The notes beneath the pieces are model-generated. The model had not been told where the DNA came from. It did no database searches and saw nothing but the letters and a program-made list of their open reading frames with translations. Both the position numbers and the translations under genes were made by a program. Below are positions 15,881 to 28,980 of a DNA stretch of 64,000 nt, one piece after another (position 1 is the first letter of the stretch; each line of letters starts with the position of its first letter). Origin of the DNA: the human T2T-CHM13v2.0 reference genome, Homo sapiens; the NCBI RefSeq assembly GCF_009914755.1, contig NC_060929.1. One strand, 5' to 3'.

Positions 15881-16381
15881 CTTCTATTTATTTTATACCA
15901 CATATGCAATTTCTTTTCCCAGTGTAGGCTTTCCCTAATATGAGTTTTATAATTCAGATTCCACACTCTCATTTAAAAATTCTGGGGTATCTACACTACT
16001 GTATGCTCCCAAATTCCTTAAGTACCAACTAGAGCTCTGAAACTATGTTAAACATTTTGAAGAACAGAAAAAAATCTGATAGAAGCATATCAACTTTCAA
16101 GAAATGTGCAACCTTAAATAATTTACAAATGTGAATGAGCAAAAAATACAAATCACCATTAAAGTACTAAATTGTACAGGGCTGTCCTACAGAAGTGCAG
16201 AGAAAAAAAATGACCTTTAGCCAGAATAATCATTGAAGTCTATACGAAAAATTGTCGTTCCAAACAATTTTCAGTAATTTGCAGCCAGTTAGTAAATGAC
16301 TTTGTTAATGAGGACAACTGACAATAATAGTAAGAAACCAATAGTTCCCTTGCAAGGAAAGGGTCAAATCTATTGAACTAA

Positions 16382-16606
16382 AGTTGTCACAGGTTGAGTT
16401 CCTTGGCAAATTTATAAGGACCCAACACTTATGAGGGAGTGAGGAAGTAGGACTAGGTAGAGAGGGGAGCTGTGATACTCTCATAACAAAGAACTCAGCT
16501 CATGGCACAGCGAGTTCTGGGGCTGGGATGGCTTTACGGAATTGTCCTGAATTTGCAGCAAGTGGAACAGACCTTTATAGCACTGCATCAGCCAGTCACT
16601 GGGTGT
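16382..16606 (-). mobile_element. Inverted partial copy of the LTR16A at 14639-14863
   Basis: Manual reverse-complement alignment: 225 bp, no gaps, about 21 mismatches. Confidence 0.9.
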
Positions 16607-16659
16607 GATTGTCACTTTAGGGAAACTGGGTATCTGGAGAGAAAAAGCCAAACATTTAG

Positions 16660-17083
16660 ACTTTATTATCATCTGAATTCCCCATCCTCCTAATTCACAT
16701 GCTGAAGTTCTAACCCCTAGTACCTCAGAATATGACCATATTTGAAAATAGGGCCTTTAAAGAGGTAATTAAGTTAAAATGAGGTTATTAGAGTAGACCC
16801 TAAGCACGGGGTCCTTACAAGAAGAGGAAATTTGGACACAGATTTGTGCAGAGGGACTTGCACAGATGGAAGACCACGTGAAAACACTGGGAGAAGAATG
16901 TCATCTACAAGCCAAGGAGAGAGGGCTGGAACGTATCTTTCCCTCAATGTCCAAAACAGGAACCAACCCTGCCTACACCTTGATCTCAGCCTTCTAGCCT
17001 TCAGCACTGTGAGATGATACCTTCTTTCATTTAAGCCACCCAGTCTATGGTACTTCGTTATGGCAGCCTTAGCAAACTAATAC
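16660..17083 (+). mobile_element. MLT1B-like MaLR LTR
   Basis: gaagttctaacccctagtacctcagaat...ttatggcagccttagcaaactaatac. Confidence 0.8.
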
Positions 17084-17267
17084 GGATTCCTCATCAGGTT
17101 CAGATTTTGCTAAATAAAATGTGTTTGTGAGGGTGGTACAAGCAACAGTGATATATTTCTTTAAGTATTTTCCCCCAGCCAAATTCCAACAAGACAATAA
17201 TGTCTAATGCACTGTCTGGTGAATCGGAAAATCTCCTGAATGAAATAAGAGCCTCTAATACCCAAAA

Positions 17268-17292
17268 GGGAATGAAGTGAGTCATCACCACA
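17268..17292. promoter_or_regulatory. Candidate enhancer core with TEAD, AP-1 and RUNX motifs
   Basis: GGAATG, TGAGTCA (17278-17284) and ACCACA within 25 bp of non-repetitive DNA; motif evidence only. Confidence 0.4.
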
Positions 17293-17679
17293 GCCTGTGA
17301 ATGAAAATAACTGCTCTGAGAAAACACATGTAAAAAATGACACCATGTGGATTAAATAGGGAAACACAAGTATATCCAGATAAATTGGGTGTTTTCCCTG
17401 TACCAATTACAGCTATTCTATAAATCCCAGATTATAAATCTTCATTCTTGCCTTTCTCTTGATCCTTCTCAGCTAGTTTGTCATGAAATATTATTTCTTT
17501 CTTTCTTATGTCTTTATATGGTAATCCGGTTCGACCATAAAAACAAAAATCTTGGAAGCACTATTCTTTTGTTTGAAGAAAAGATTTGGCCCAACTAAGG
17601 TTCTGTTATTTCAAGTAACATTTGATCACAAATTCTATCAAAACATCAGCTGACCCAATCTCATGCCCTCGAATCCACC

Positions 17680-18345
17680 CATTTTGCTACCAGTTAGTTT
17701 TTAGAATGTAGCTCTGATTGGTCCCTTTCCATGTTTAAAGACTACCATTAGTCACCCACCAGCTATTGACTGAAGCCCAAAGTCCTTGATCTGGCAGAAC
17801 CTTCACAGCCTAGAATCAGTTCTGCATTTTCAGACTGTAGTCATCCTCCACCCCACCACCATATACTCTGCTTGCTAATAGGTGGCTATGCTTCATTCTC
17901 CAGACACTGTTCCATAGCATGTACGTATGACACTATCATTGCACATTATGTTTATGATAGGTAATATGTCTGACTTTATCATCATATTATACTCACCTTG
18001 GAGTCTAAGACCTGGTCTTCCACTTTCTTCAGTATCACCAGTGGCAGTGGCACAGGAGTAGTAACATTCAATCATTTTTCACCTTCTCAGAGAGGCCTTC
18101 ACTTAATTCCTTAGCTAGGATAATAATTCTCTCTCCCCACACCTTGTCCTGCTTTATTTTTCTTCTTGGCACTATCAACATCAGACATATGACATATATT
18201 TTCAGGGTCACGTATTTTATAATCTCTCTCTTCCCACTTGAAAATAAATTCCAAAAAGTCAGGACTTTGGCCCATTCACTGTTCTATCCTCAGTGCCTAG
18301 ATATGTGGCATACAAGAGACACTCAATAAATATTTTCTGAATAAG
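17680..18345 (+). mobile_element. L2 3' fragment
   Basis: Ends cagtgcctag...cactcaataaatattttctgaat, an L2 3' terminus. Confidence 0.7.
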
Positions 18346-18349
18346 TGAA

Positions 18350-18520
18350 TTCATTCAGCAAATATTTATTGGCAGTTTACTATGTGCCATGAAATATTAT
18401 AGAAACCAGCAATCCAGCAGTGAACCAACAAAGGCCTTTCTCTCGTGGAACTCAATACTCTCTGGAAGAAGGCAAAAGCAAAAATAAGAAAACAAAAATC
18501 TCATTTTATATAACTTCAGA
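18350..18520 (-). mobile_element. L2 3' end, tail-to-tail with the previous L2
   Basis: ttcattcagcaaatatttattggcagtttactatgtgcc. Confidence 0.75.
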
Positions 18521-21273
18521 TAGTGCTAGTAGGTATGCAATTACTATTTCTGTAATTGAATAGAACTTACACTGATTCAGGATTCACAAATATTTTGTGA
18601 ATAACTTAATTTTTTTCAGGTATTACCAAAAGTAATATATGAATTAATTTATTTTTGGAACTAAAGTCAATACAAGAATAAACTGTAAAAGAAAGCATCA
18701 TAACATAATACCCCTGTAGCAATAAAAATAATGTATTTTAAAAGATAGAATTTTCAAATGTGTTACATAAAACAAGACAAAATAAAGTTTCATTAGAAGC
18801 ATAGCACAGGGACACTTTTATGAAGCATATAACATCAGAAGCAGTAGAAAGCAGCTTTGACTAAGTCTTTTGATATGACACATATAAAGGGATAAAACTG
18901 GGGAGAATTTTTGTTTGTAAAATATATTAGCACTGCTTAATAAGAATAATCGTCGATTTATATAGTACTCGGAAATCCATTAATGCAAGTGATATTACAG
19001 ATTGGCATACATCTTACTATCTTCAAAAAAAATCCAAACTTTGCCACAGCATTATTTGGTACCTGATATGTCAAGCCCTATATCTGTTGTCATTCTGAAC
19101 TGGAAATCTAGTCTTTTATGTGGCCAAAGATATTTAGTGGTATTTTAGGATTTTAAAAAAATACTGAGCCCTAGTTATAATAGAAAAAATTCTATAACAT
19201 GACTTATTAACTTGAAGTCCTCCACTTCTGATTAGCCTGGTCCAGAGGTAAAGGAGTACGAAGAGCCACCTAAAAAGCATAGTGTTTGGGAATGTGGATT
19301 GGTGACTCATATTTGGACTTCATTAATAAGAGAGGTTGGGTTCCCTAGGGAGAAAGGACTGTTATCAAAAGCTACTAGAGGCTAGAGAGTCAGAGAATCT
19401 CTTTAATAAAATATGAAAGGTGAGGAAATATAAGTAACTCTATAATCTAAATGTAACGTGGCATAAACACTTAATTCTGAACTTGTATAACTGAAATATA
19501 TAGCATCTGTAAAGACCATGTTTCCAAAATTTTGTATAAGTTTCATAGAATAATGTTGAATTGATATTATTATTTTTAGCATACTAAATTTTAAGCTGGT
19601 TAATGCCAAATTCCAAGATTTTTACATTTTAATTTTATTCCTAAAGGAAAGGAAAAAGAAGAAATTCTTGAAACTTCAATAATTAATATTATTTCTACTA
19701 CTTCCTTCAAATTTTGTCACAATAAAAAAATCACAGAAGCAGGAAAACAATTTTTAAAAGCAGCTCAAGGCAATTAATCATTTGAAATACAACTACTTCA
19801 AGGAAAGTCAGGACAAACCAAAATCCATCTTGGCTCATGAAAAACAAAACCTTATTGTTTGCAAATGTCTTGAGAGACCTCTTAAGAGATCTTTATTTTT
19901 TTCTACGAGAGTACAAATAATAAATAAATATTTTTAAATGAAAATGGGTAAAAGTTTTGAGAATTTGTATTTAGTACTTAGTATACCACCTTGATGTAAC
20001 TACCATTTATTTATTTGTTTCCCCTCTCCCTGATTCATTTCTGTTGAGACAGATCAAAACTTCTCGAAGTTGACTAGTTTCACATGGAAGCTAGAAGACC
20101 AAATACAGGACTATACCCATAAAGAAGAGTCACCTGGCATGAGAAGGTGAAACTCATGATTACTCTACCAGTCTTCAACATGTAGTTACCTTCCATTATT
20201 TATTAATATTATTCCCACCAAAAGAGAACTCTGATCCAGTTATTCAGTGTGCCGTACTGGCTTGGAAACATTCAATACTCCCCATCACCACTACAAGCAC
20301 TACAGAGATCCAAAGATTCTCACCCCTTCCAACATCCTTAACCAAAAGACATATTCAGAAACAGGAAATAACAAAAGTTTCATACTCTCTCTTTTTTATT
20401 GAGACCTCTGAAGACCTCCCACCCACCCTCACAAACACTCACACACCCATGACTAGAATTACAGTTGTTATTTCAATGGGAAGAAATGACGCGGGGCAGG
20501 AAATGAGAATCTGTTAGATGAGAAGAGCAGTCTTCTCATCCTAATATTTGAGACATTCCTCTTTCATTTTCCTATGACTCATGCTTCTTTCTTTCTGGCA
20601 TCTTGTTGGAGGAGGAGGAGGAGGTGGGCAAACCCAGTGTTTTGACCAAAAAAAAAAAAAATCTTAATACCAAAAGCAATAGAAAATTCCAAGAAATGTA
20701 TGGAGAAAACAAGGGCTATTGGTCTAAAAATCTATAGTTAGTACAAACTGACACTGGGTAACTGGGTAGCTTCAAGTAGTCTCAGTTAACAGAATTCATG
20801 TTTGTATTGTAAAAAGGAAAGATCTAGAAAATCTGATTTAAACTAAACAATAAACTTCAAAAATAAAAGCAAATTTGTCTGTTTCTGAGATAGGGTTTTG
20901 GAGAATGATGTTCTAACATTTGTTTGTAATGGAAAAATAAGAACTAACTAGATTTGTAAATATGCGCTGACCTGACAAAAAACTCTAATGAATGGCTTAT
21001 AACAGACATGGAAAGTTATGGTTGAGAAAATTTTTTTCAAAAAGAATATAACAGGGAGCAGAGAACGAAATTTAATTTTGGAAGAGTAAAATTTGCCATT
21101 TGGAGATCATTCACTCATTCAACAAGTATTTAATGAGTTCCTACCATGTACCAGACACAAACTAGGTCTTGGTTTTATGGTGGTGGGGAAAAAAAATGTC
21201 ATGATCTTTACTCTTTGGCACTAATTTTTTAATACTGAAGAATAAATTTGAATGAGTATCCTTGGGGCTGTGG

Positions 21274-22646
<1,373 letters not shown>

Positions 22647-22649
22647 TTG

Positions 22650-23430
22650 GATTATGAGGAAGTCTTCTATGAGAATAATATAAACTAAAGCCTAAAAGAG
22701 AGAAAGAGAGAGTGAGGAGAAGAGAGTTTTAGGCCAAAACAAACAAACAAACAAACAAACACAAACCAACCTTCAAAAAACTAAAATAGGTATGGCTAAA
22801 TAGTGAGAGAAAGTTTTTAGGAAGTTGGAGAAGCAGGCTATTGTAATAGACATGTATTGTCTTGTGTATTATGGGAAAGCATTTGAAATCCTAGAGGGGT
22901 TTTTAAAAGTCAGAGATTTAAGATTTTACAAAGATCTCTTCAAATGCTGAATGGAGAAACAACTGAATAAAGGACAAGAGTGGAAACAGAGAGAACAGAT
23001 AAAGAAAAGATACAATGAGATTGTAGCTTAGCTAGTAGAAGGACAGTTAAGTTGGAGAGAAGTGAATTGACTCAAATATATTTTGGAAATTGAACAGATG
23101 ACATTTCTGACAGACTGGATATTAAAGATAAGAGAAAGGGATATATCAAGAACCATTCATAGGCTTTGGCAAGAATATATAAATTGGTGGGAATTCTATT
23201 TACTGATGACAGAAAGGTGCAAGGAACAGCAGATTTGAATGGGAAATAGAATGTTTAATATTAAACATGTAAAGTTTGAGATACCTGGAAGTAATTTTAG
23301 GGGGAATGTTAAGTAAGCATTTGTTTGTTGGGTCTAGAGTTCTAAAGGGAGGAATGTGTTGAAGAGATTAAGCTACAGAGTCTTTGACATACAATTAGTA
23401 GTTAAATCCTTGGTAATGGTTGACATCACC
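22650..23430 (-). mobile_element. L2 LINE fragment
   Basis: Antisense L2 motifs; continues the L2 3' end at about 21110-21270. Confidence 0.7.
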
Positions 23431-24446
23431 AAGGTTAATACTCCACTGGTATGCACCAGTACAGCCAAAATGGTCCTTGACCTTTCTATACCCAGTTAGT
23501 AAATAGATCAGACTCTAAGTATGGGTTTGATAGCAGATTAGATACATTTGAAGAAAGTGTTAGTGAAATAGAAAATAAGTCAGAAGAAAATATCCAGAAT
23601 AAAAAAAAAAAGCAGAAAGACAAAAAGATAGGAAATATAAAAGATAGGATAGGAGATTTAGAGGATATAGTGAGTAGGTCTAACATAGGCTTAATTGGAG
23701 CCCTAAACAGAGAAGAGAGAATTGGGATAGTATTATCTGAAAGGATAATGATTGAGGAATTTCTGCGACTGATGCAAGGCATCAATCCACAGGTTGAAAA
23801 AGAGCTCCAAACCCCAACTAGGATTAAAAAGATACACAATTTAAACATCATAGAAAAACTGCAGAAAATAAAAGACAAATAAGAAATATTAAAACCAATC
23901 TGAGAAAAAGAGGCAGATTACTTTAGGAATAAAAATCAGACTGACAGCTTGCTTCTCAAAAGAAACAATGAGAACCAAAAGTTAATGGAAGGATATTGTT
24001 CATGTGCTTAACAAAAATAATTGGCAAACTAGAAAGCTATACCTCCCCAAATAAATATAGAGAATAAAGGTAAAATAAAATTATCTTCAGACAAAATCTA
24101 AAAGATATATAAACCAAACTAAAGGAAATACTAAAGAATATTCTTCAGGAAAAAGGGAAATGATTTAGATGGAAGATTAGAAATGTAGAAAAAAGGAAAA
24201 CAACAAAAATGATAATATGTGGAAAGATGTAGATGAACATCGACTGTATAAATATAGAAAGAATTAAAATGCACAAAAATAACAGCATGTAACTTGGAAG
24301 GTCAGTAAATATTGCTCATTTATTCTAATTCATTCTAATTAATATAGCTACTATTAATTAATATTAGATATAATAAGTAAGGGATTCAGGCTATAAGCTC
24401 TAGAGTAATCACTAAAAACTGCAGAAAACAAAAGACAAATAGGATC

Positions 24447-24572
24447 TTTTTTTTTTTTGGGAGATGAAGTCTTGCTATGTTGCCCAGGCTGGTCTTGAAT
24501 TCCTGGGCTCAAGCGATTGTCCTGCCTCAGCTTCCCAAAGTGCTGGGATTACAGGTGCGAGCTATTGTGGCC
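24447..24572 (-). mobile_element. FLAM_C
   Basis: Poly-T plus antisense left monomer; TSD-like acaaat(a/g)gga. Confidence 0.85.
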
Positions 24573-25216
24573 CACAAATGGGAAAGCTTAAAACCAACCA
24601 GAGGAAAAAGGGCAGATTACCTTTAAAGGATTAAAATTCAAATTGATAGCTTGCTCAGTAAAAGAATATAAATAGTAAAAGAATACAAAATTCCTGGATC
24701 AATTGAGGAAAAAATATAATAATAAACGAAAGTAAGCCAAGCACAGAATACAGAACAAGTGCAACAAATAGAAAACACATGGTAAGATGATATAAATACA
24801 ACTATAAAAATAAATACAATACATATAAATTAAATGCTTCAATTAAAATAATGATTTTCAATTATATTTAAAAACAAACTATAGACTGTTTGCAAAAGAC
24901 ACAGCCAGATCATAAGAAAGCATACAGAAAAATTGAAAGAAAGGATCAAAATAATTTTGCCATGCCAACACTAAGGAAAACAAAGGTGATATAACTAAAT
25001 TAACATCAAATTAGACTTTACAGCTAAAAGTATCACTGGAGATAAGAAGGATCCTTCATAATGATTAAAAGATTTAATTCACAAATAAGATATTACTATT
25101 TTGAATTCATATAAACCTAATAACATGGCCTCAAAATAAAAAGACTGACAAAAATAAGGATAAATAGACAAATCTATAATCATAGTGGCAGAGGTTTATG
25201 GTCACCTTTTAGGAAC

Positions 25217-25321
25217 TGCTATGGTTTGAACATGGTTTGTCCCTTCCAACATTCTGTTGAAATTTAATTGCCAATGTAACAGGGTTGTGAGGTGGGGGCC
25301 TTTAAGAGGGGATTAGATCAT
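25217..25321 (+). mobile_element. MST-type MaLR LTR 5' fragment
   Basis: tgctatggtttgaac...gggggcctttaagagg. Confidence 0.7.
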
Positions 25322-25800
25322 TGTGTGCTGCCTATTCTGCTTGACCCCAAGATCTATTTTCTGCCTTTCTCAATCTCAGGAGGCTGACCACTATATTCTG
25401 CAAACTTAGCCTTCTGATAGAGTTCAGACAAGGAGAGGCACTGGTAAGAGACAGAATTGTAGGAGGAAAACAAGGAATCAGGCCATCGTTCCTTTGTTTC
25501 CTCTCTGCCTCAACGCTATAGTTGTGGCAGGGGCTATGTCCCTCTACAAGCACACCTCTTATCATAAGATCCATTCATTCCTATTAATTCTATATGCTTA
25601 GGCTTCTTTCCTGTGAATATATCAAGCCCAGTAATGGCAATGGCTTCTTATTGTTAGTACCTGAGAGCTTCAGAATCCTTTGTTGGGTTCCCTAACAACA
25701 TACCTTTAGATATTTCCTTCATTAAATTCTCTACAAAATCAAAGCTGTACATACCTTTTCTTTTCCTTCCAGGACATTTGTTTCCGTTAAAGACTAATAG
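25322..25800 (+). mobile_element. LTR33A-like ERVL LTR
   Basis: ccaagatctattttctgcc...ggaggctgacc...ttcattaaattctct resembles recalled LTR33A. Confidence 0.6.
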
Positions 25801-26185
25801 GATTAATAGCTCCCTGAGGAGATTCATCAAGAAACAAAAACAGAATACACAAATAATCAATGTTAGGAATAAAAATGTGTATATTACTACAGATCTTTCA
25901 GTCCTTGAAAAATTTTAGCAAAGAAAATTCATCAATTGATAAATAGAATGATGATTATGTTTAAATTGAGTTTATTTTAGGCATACAAAATTGATATACT
26001 GTTTGAAAAATTTGAAAAATTCTATGTAATTCCTATTACAGAATAAAAGATTATAGATGATCTTTTATGAGTATGAATAATCTTTTATTCTATAATAGGA
26101 ATTGCATAGAACTATTTTTCATAAAAATGAAAGATTACAGATAATCTTTTATTCTGTAATAGGAATTACATAGGATTATAGAATT

Positions 26186-26500
26186 ATTTTTCTTTTCTTT
26201 TCTTTTCTTTTCTTGTTTTTTGAGATAAGAGTCTCACTCTGTCACCCAGGCTGGAGTGCAGTGGCAGATCTCGGCTCACCACAACCTCCGTCTCCAGGGT
26301 TCAAGTGATTCTCCTGTAATCCCAGCACTTTGGGAGGCCGAGATGAGTGGATCACCTAAGGTCAGGAGTTCGAGACCAGTCTGGCCAACACGATGAAACC
26401 CTGTCTCTACTAAAAATACAAAAATATTAGCTGGGCTTGGTGGCGCATGCCTGCAGTCCCAGCTACTTGGGAGGCTGAAGCAGGAGAGTCGCTTGAACCC
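26186..26500. mobile_element. AluS with internal inversion (antisense 3' part fused to sense 5' part)
   Basis: Antisense Alu 26186-26316 joined through CCTG to sense Alu 26313-26500. Confidence 0.9.
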
Positions 26501-27979
26501 CGTGTTTACATTTGTAAAACAGATTTTACTTGAATGAGTAGTAAATGCTATGAAGAAAATGTCATTCAGTAAGTGTATGTAACAATAGAATCTGAACTAA
26601 AATTGGATGGTCAGAGAAAAAGAGTAAAAGTGGTTATGTATAGTTACCTTTGACAACTGGAGTCACTCATTCTCTCTTCAAATTCTCAGAGAACTGGTAT
26701 GTGTTACTAATAACTAAATATTTGTTTCTCAAAATATGTGGAAAAAGTAGATAAGAGAAATATACACAAGAAAACACACTGTTTCATACTGAGTGGATAA
26801 TCATTTTTACAATGTCAATGCTCAAGATTTCTTTTAGGAAAATTTTATGTGAATTCTTATTTTTGTTTAGTTTCATGTCTCTCTCAGTGTTTTTTCTGAA
26901 GCACAGCAGACTAACTGGCTGGAACAAAGCAAGGATGGGCCCATTGTTCCCATCACTTCAAAAGTTTCCCTGTGCAGAGTGCTGAATAGTTAATACCTCC
27001 AGAGAAAACTAATCAGAAGCACAGCTGTTCAACAGGAATGAGAGGTTATGGAAAGCAGAGGCTCAGGAATGACAGCAGCCAGAAAATTATGGATGATTTT
27101 CCAATAGAGTACTGCTTGAAAGTGGGCCAGGAACATTTGGTGTACTGGTCAAGTGAATGCCTCATGTTTCTTGTGACATTAGGTCCCCACAAAGATGTAA
27201 CGACATTGATGAAGACTGGATGTGGAGGTACTGGTTTGTCACTACAGAACTAAGTGATGATAAAAAGTAAAGCTAGATATCACTACATTTGATATCTCCC
27301 ATTTGTAAGAAACAAGTAACAGGGATCCTGGAGGCTTAACTAAGAGCAAAAATGTAACACTAAAACATGAATCTTTAAGCTAACAACATTTACACTTCTC
27401 CCCCTACCCCATCCAAATCAGAACTTTGTGGCCCACACGTTATTGGGCATAATGGGGATGGGCCTGGGAGAATGACCCACGACCATCTGGCCAAACACAG
27501 CTGCAGAAAACAAGCCTCATCATCTGGAAAAAGCTGTGATGGACAGAGAATTGGAAGGGCTGCCAAGAGAAATGGTGGATTCCTCACTAGAAACACTAGA
27601 AACACTCGGTATGGGGCCACTCCAACACAGGACAGGCTTTTCCAGTGATGACTGATGCAGGTTGTCCTTTAGGACCTGTCTCTCACGTTACAGTGGGGAA
27701 GATGAACCATTAGAGTCATATAATTACTTCCATAGACTTTTTTGGAAATTCAGGTTTTCTGACACAAAATTGGCCTCACACAGCTCCTGTGAATGTCAAC
27801 ACAATTCAAATGCTGGAAAGTGGAGAGCAGTCAGTACAAATAAGTTCTATTGCTTAAATTCAGCCCTGTCCTCATTTAACATCAGGTCAGCATCAAATGA
27901 TCTCTGATTTCCTTTCCAGACAAACTGTATAGTTTCCTTTTTCATCAATTTCAAGTAGAGGTAAAAAAGACCACCAAAA

Positions 27980-28110
27980 CTCGGGAGGCTGAGGCAGGAT
28001 AATCGCTTGAACCAGGGGGTCAGGGGTTGCAGTGAGCCAAGATCGTGCCACTGCACTCCAGCCTGGTGATGGAGCTAGACTCCGTCTCAAAAACAAAACA
28101 AAACAAAAAA
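27980..28110 (+). mobile_element. 5'-truncated Alu (right-arm fragment, AluSc-like)
   Basis: ctcgggaggctgaggcagg...ccgtctc(AAAAC)n; TSD-like aaaaaagaccaccaaaa/aaaaaaccccactaaaa. Confidence 0.88.
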
Positions 28111-28779
28111 CCCCACTAAAAACAAAAATGTCATCATCACCCTAGCCAAGAGCAAGTGTGAAAAATAGTACACAATCACTTCAAGGTCTTCACAGGAAGC
28201 CGAGTGCCTGTGCCTTCTGCTAGTGTTTTAAGAAAAGAAAACTGATAACAAACACCATTTGCCAAGACAAAGGCATAATTTTCTTTGTCAAGATTTTGTC
28301 TGGAGTGAAGAATATGAAGGGAAAAAAACCTAAACATGTGGCATAGGTTCTACACAAATGTATCTGAAAAGGAACCTTCTACCACATGCAAAGGAGAGTC
28401 TGGTTAGAGGGTGAGAAGCTGCAGTTCTGAGTTTTGGATCTGGGAATGAAGTGCTAGTGCGAGTTGACACCTGTGAAGGTAAGAACAGACTGGAAGAGAA
28501 CTAAGTAAGGAGAGCAAAAAGTGAAAAGTCCTGGCCAAGACTTTCATTCATTCAAGAAGTTTTACAATACCCATACATCAATTCAATTCAGTTCAAAACA
28601 ATGATTGGCCATCTACTACAAGTCAAGCACATGCTAAGCACAGTTGAGGGTACAAAGTGAAATAACACGTGATATATCTAAAAAATGTATAGTCTCAGAA
28701 AGAAAACTGGTACGTTTTTATGAGTGAAGAGATAGTCCAACTCACTATTCACTTTAGAGGGACTTGAACAAAATGGCAT

Positions 28780-28980
28780 ACTAAAAGGGCAGAATTTAGA
28801 GTCACCAGACCTGGATTCAAACCCCGACTGTAGCAGTTATAAGATTTTGGGTAATTCACTCAACATTTCTGGCCTTACTTTTCTCACTTGTTAAATAGGA
28901 ATGATATTTTGCTTGCCTATAGAATGGGTTGAAATGAAGGTGTGTGAGAACTGCAAAGCTCAGACACATGGTTGCTCATA
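28780..28980 (+). mobile_element. MIR SINE
   Basis: agagtcaccagacctggattcaaaccccgact...ttctcacttgttaaatagg. Confidence 0.7.

Larger units (their letters stand above)
23490..26050 (+). mobile_element. Old L1M fragments (ORF1 to ORF2 endonuclease region), interrupted by FLAM and LTRs
   Basis: ORF 23670-23882 (RSNIGLIG...INPQVEKELQTPTRI) is degenerate L1 ORF1p; A-rich L1 composition. Confidence 0.75.

Noticed and set aside
27500-27700. Possible coding exon, or CR1/L3 fragment (tggaagggctgccaagagaaatggtggattc)
   Set aside because: More like an ancient CR1 3' end than an exon, but too diverged to call without a profile search.
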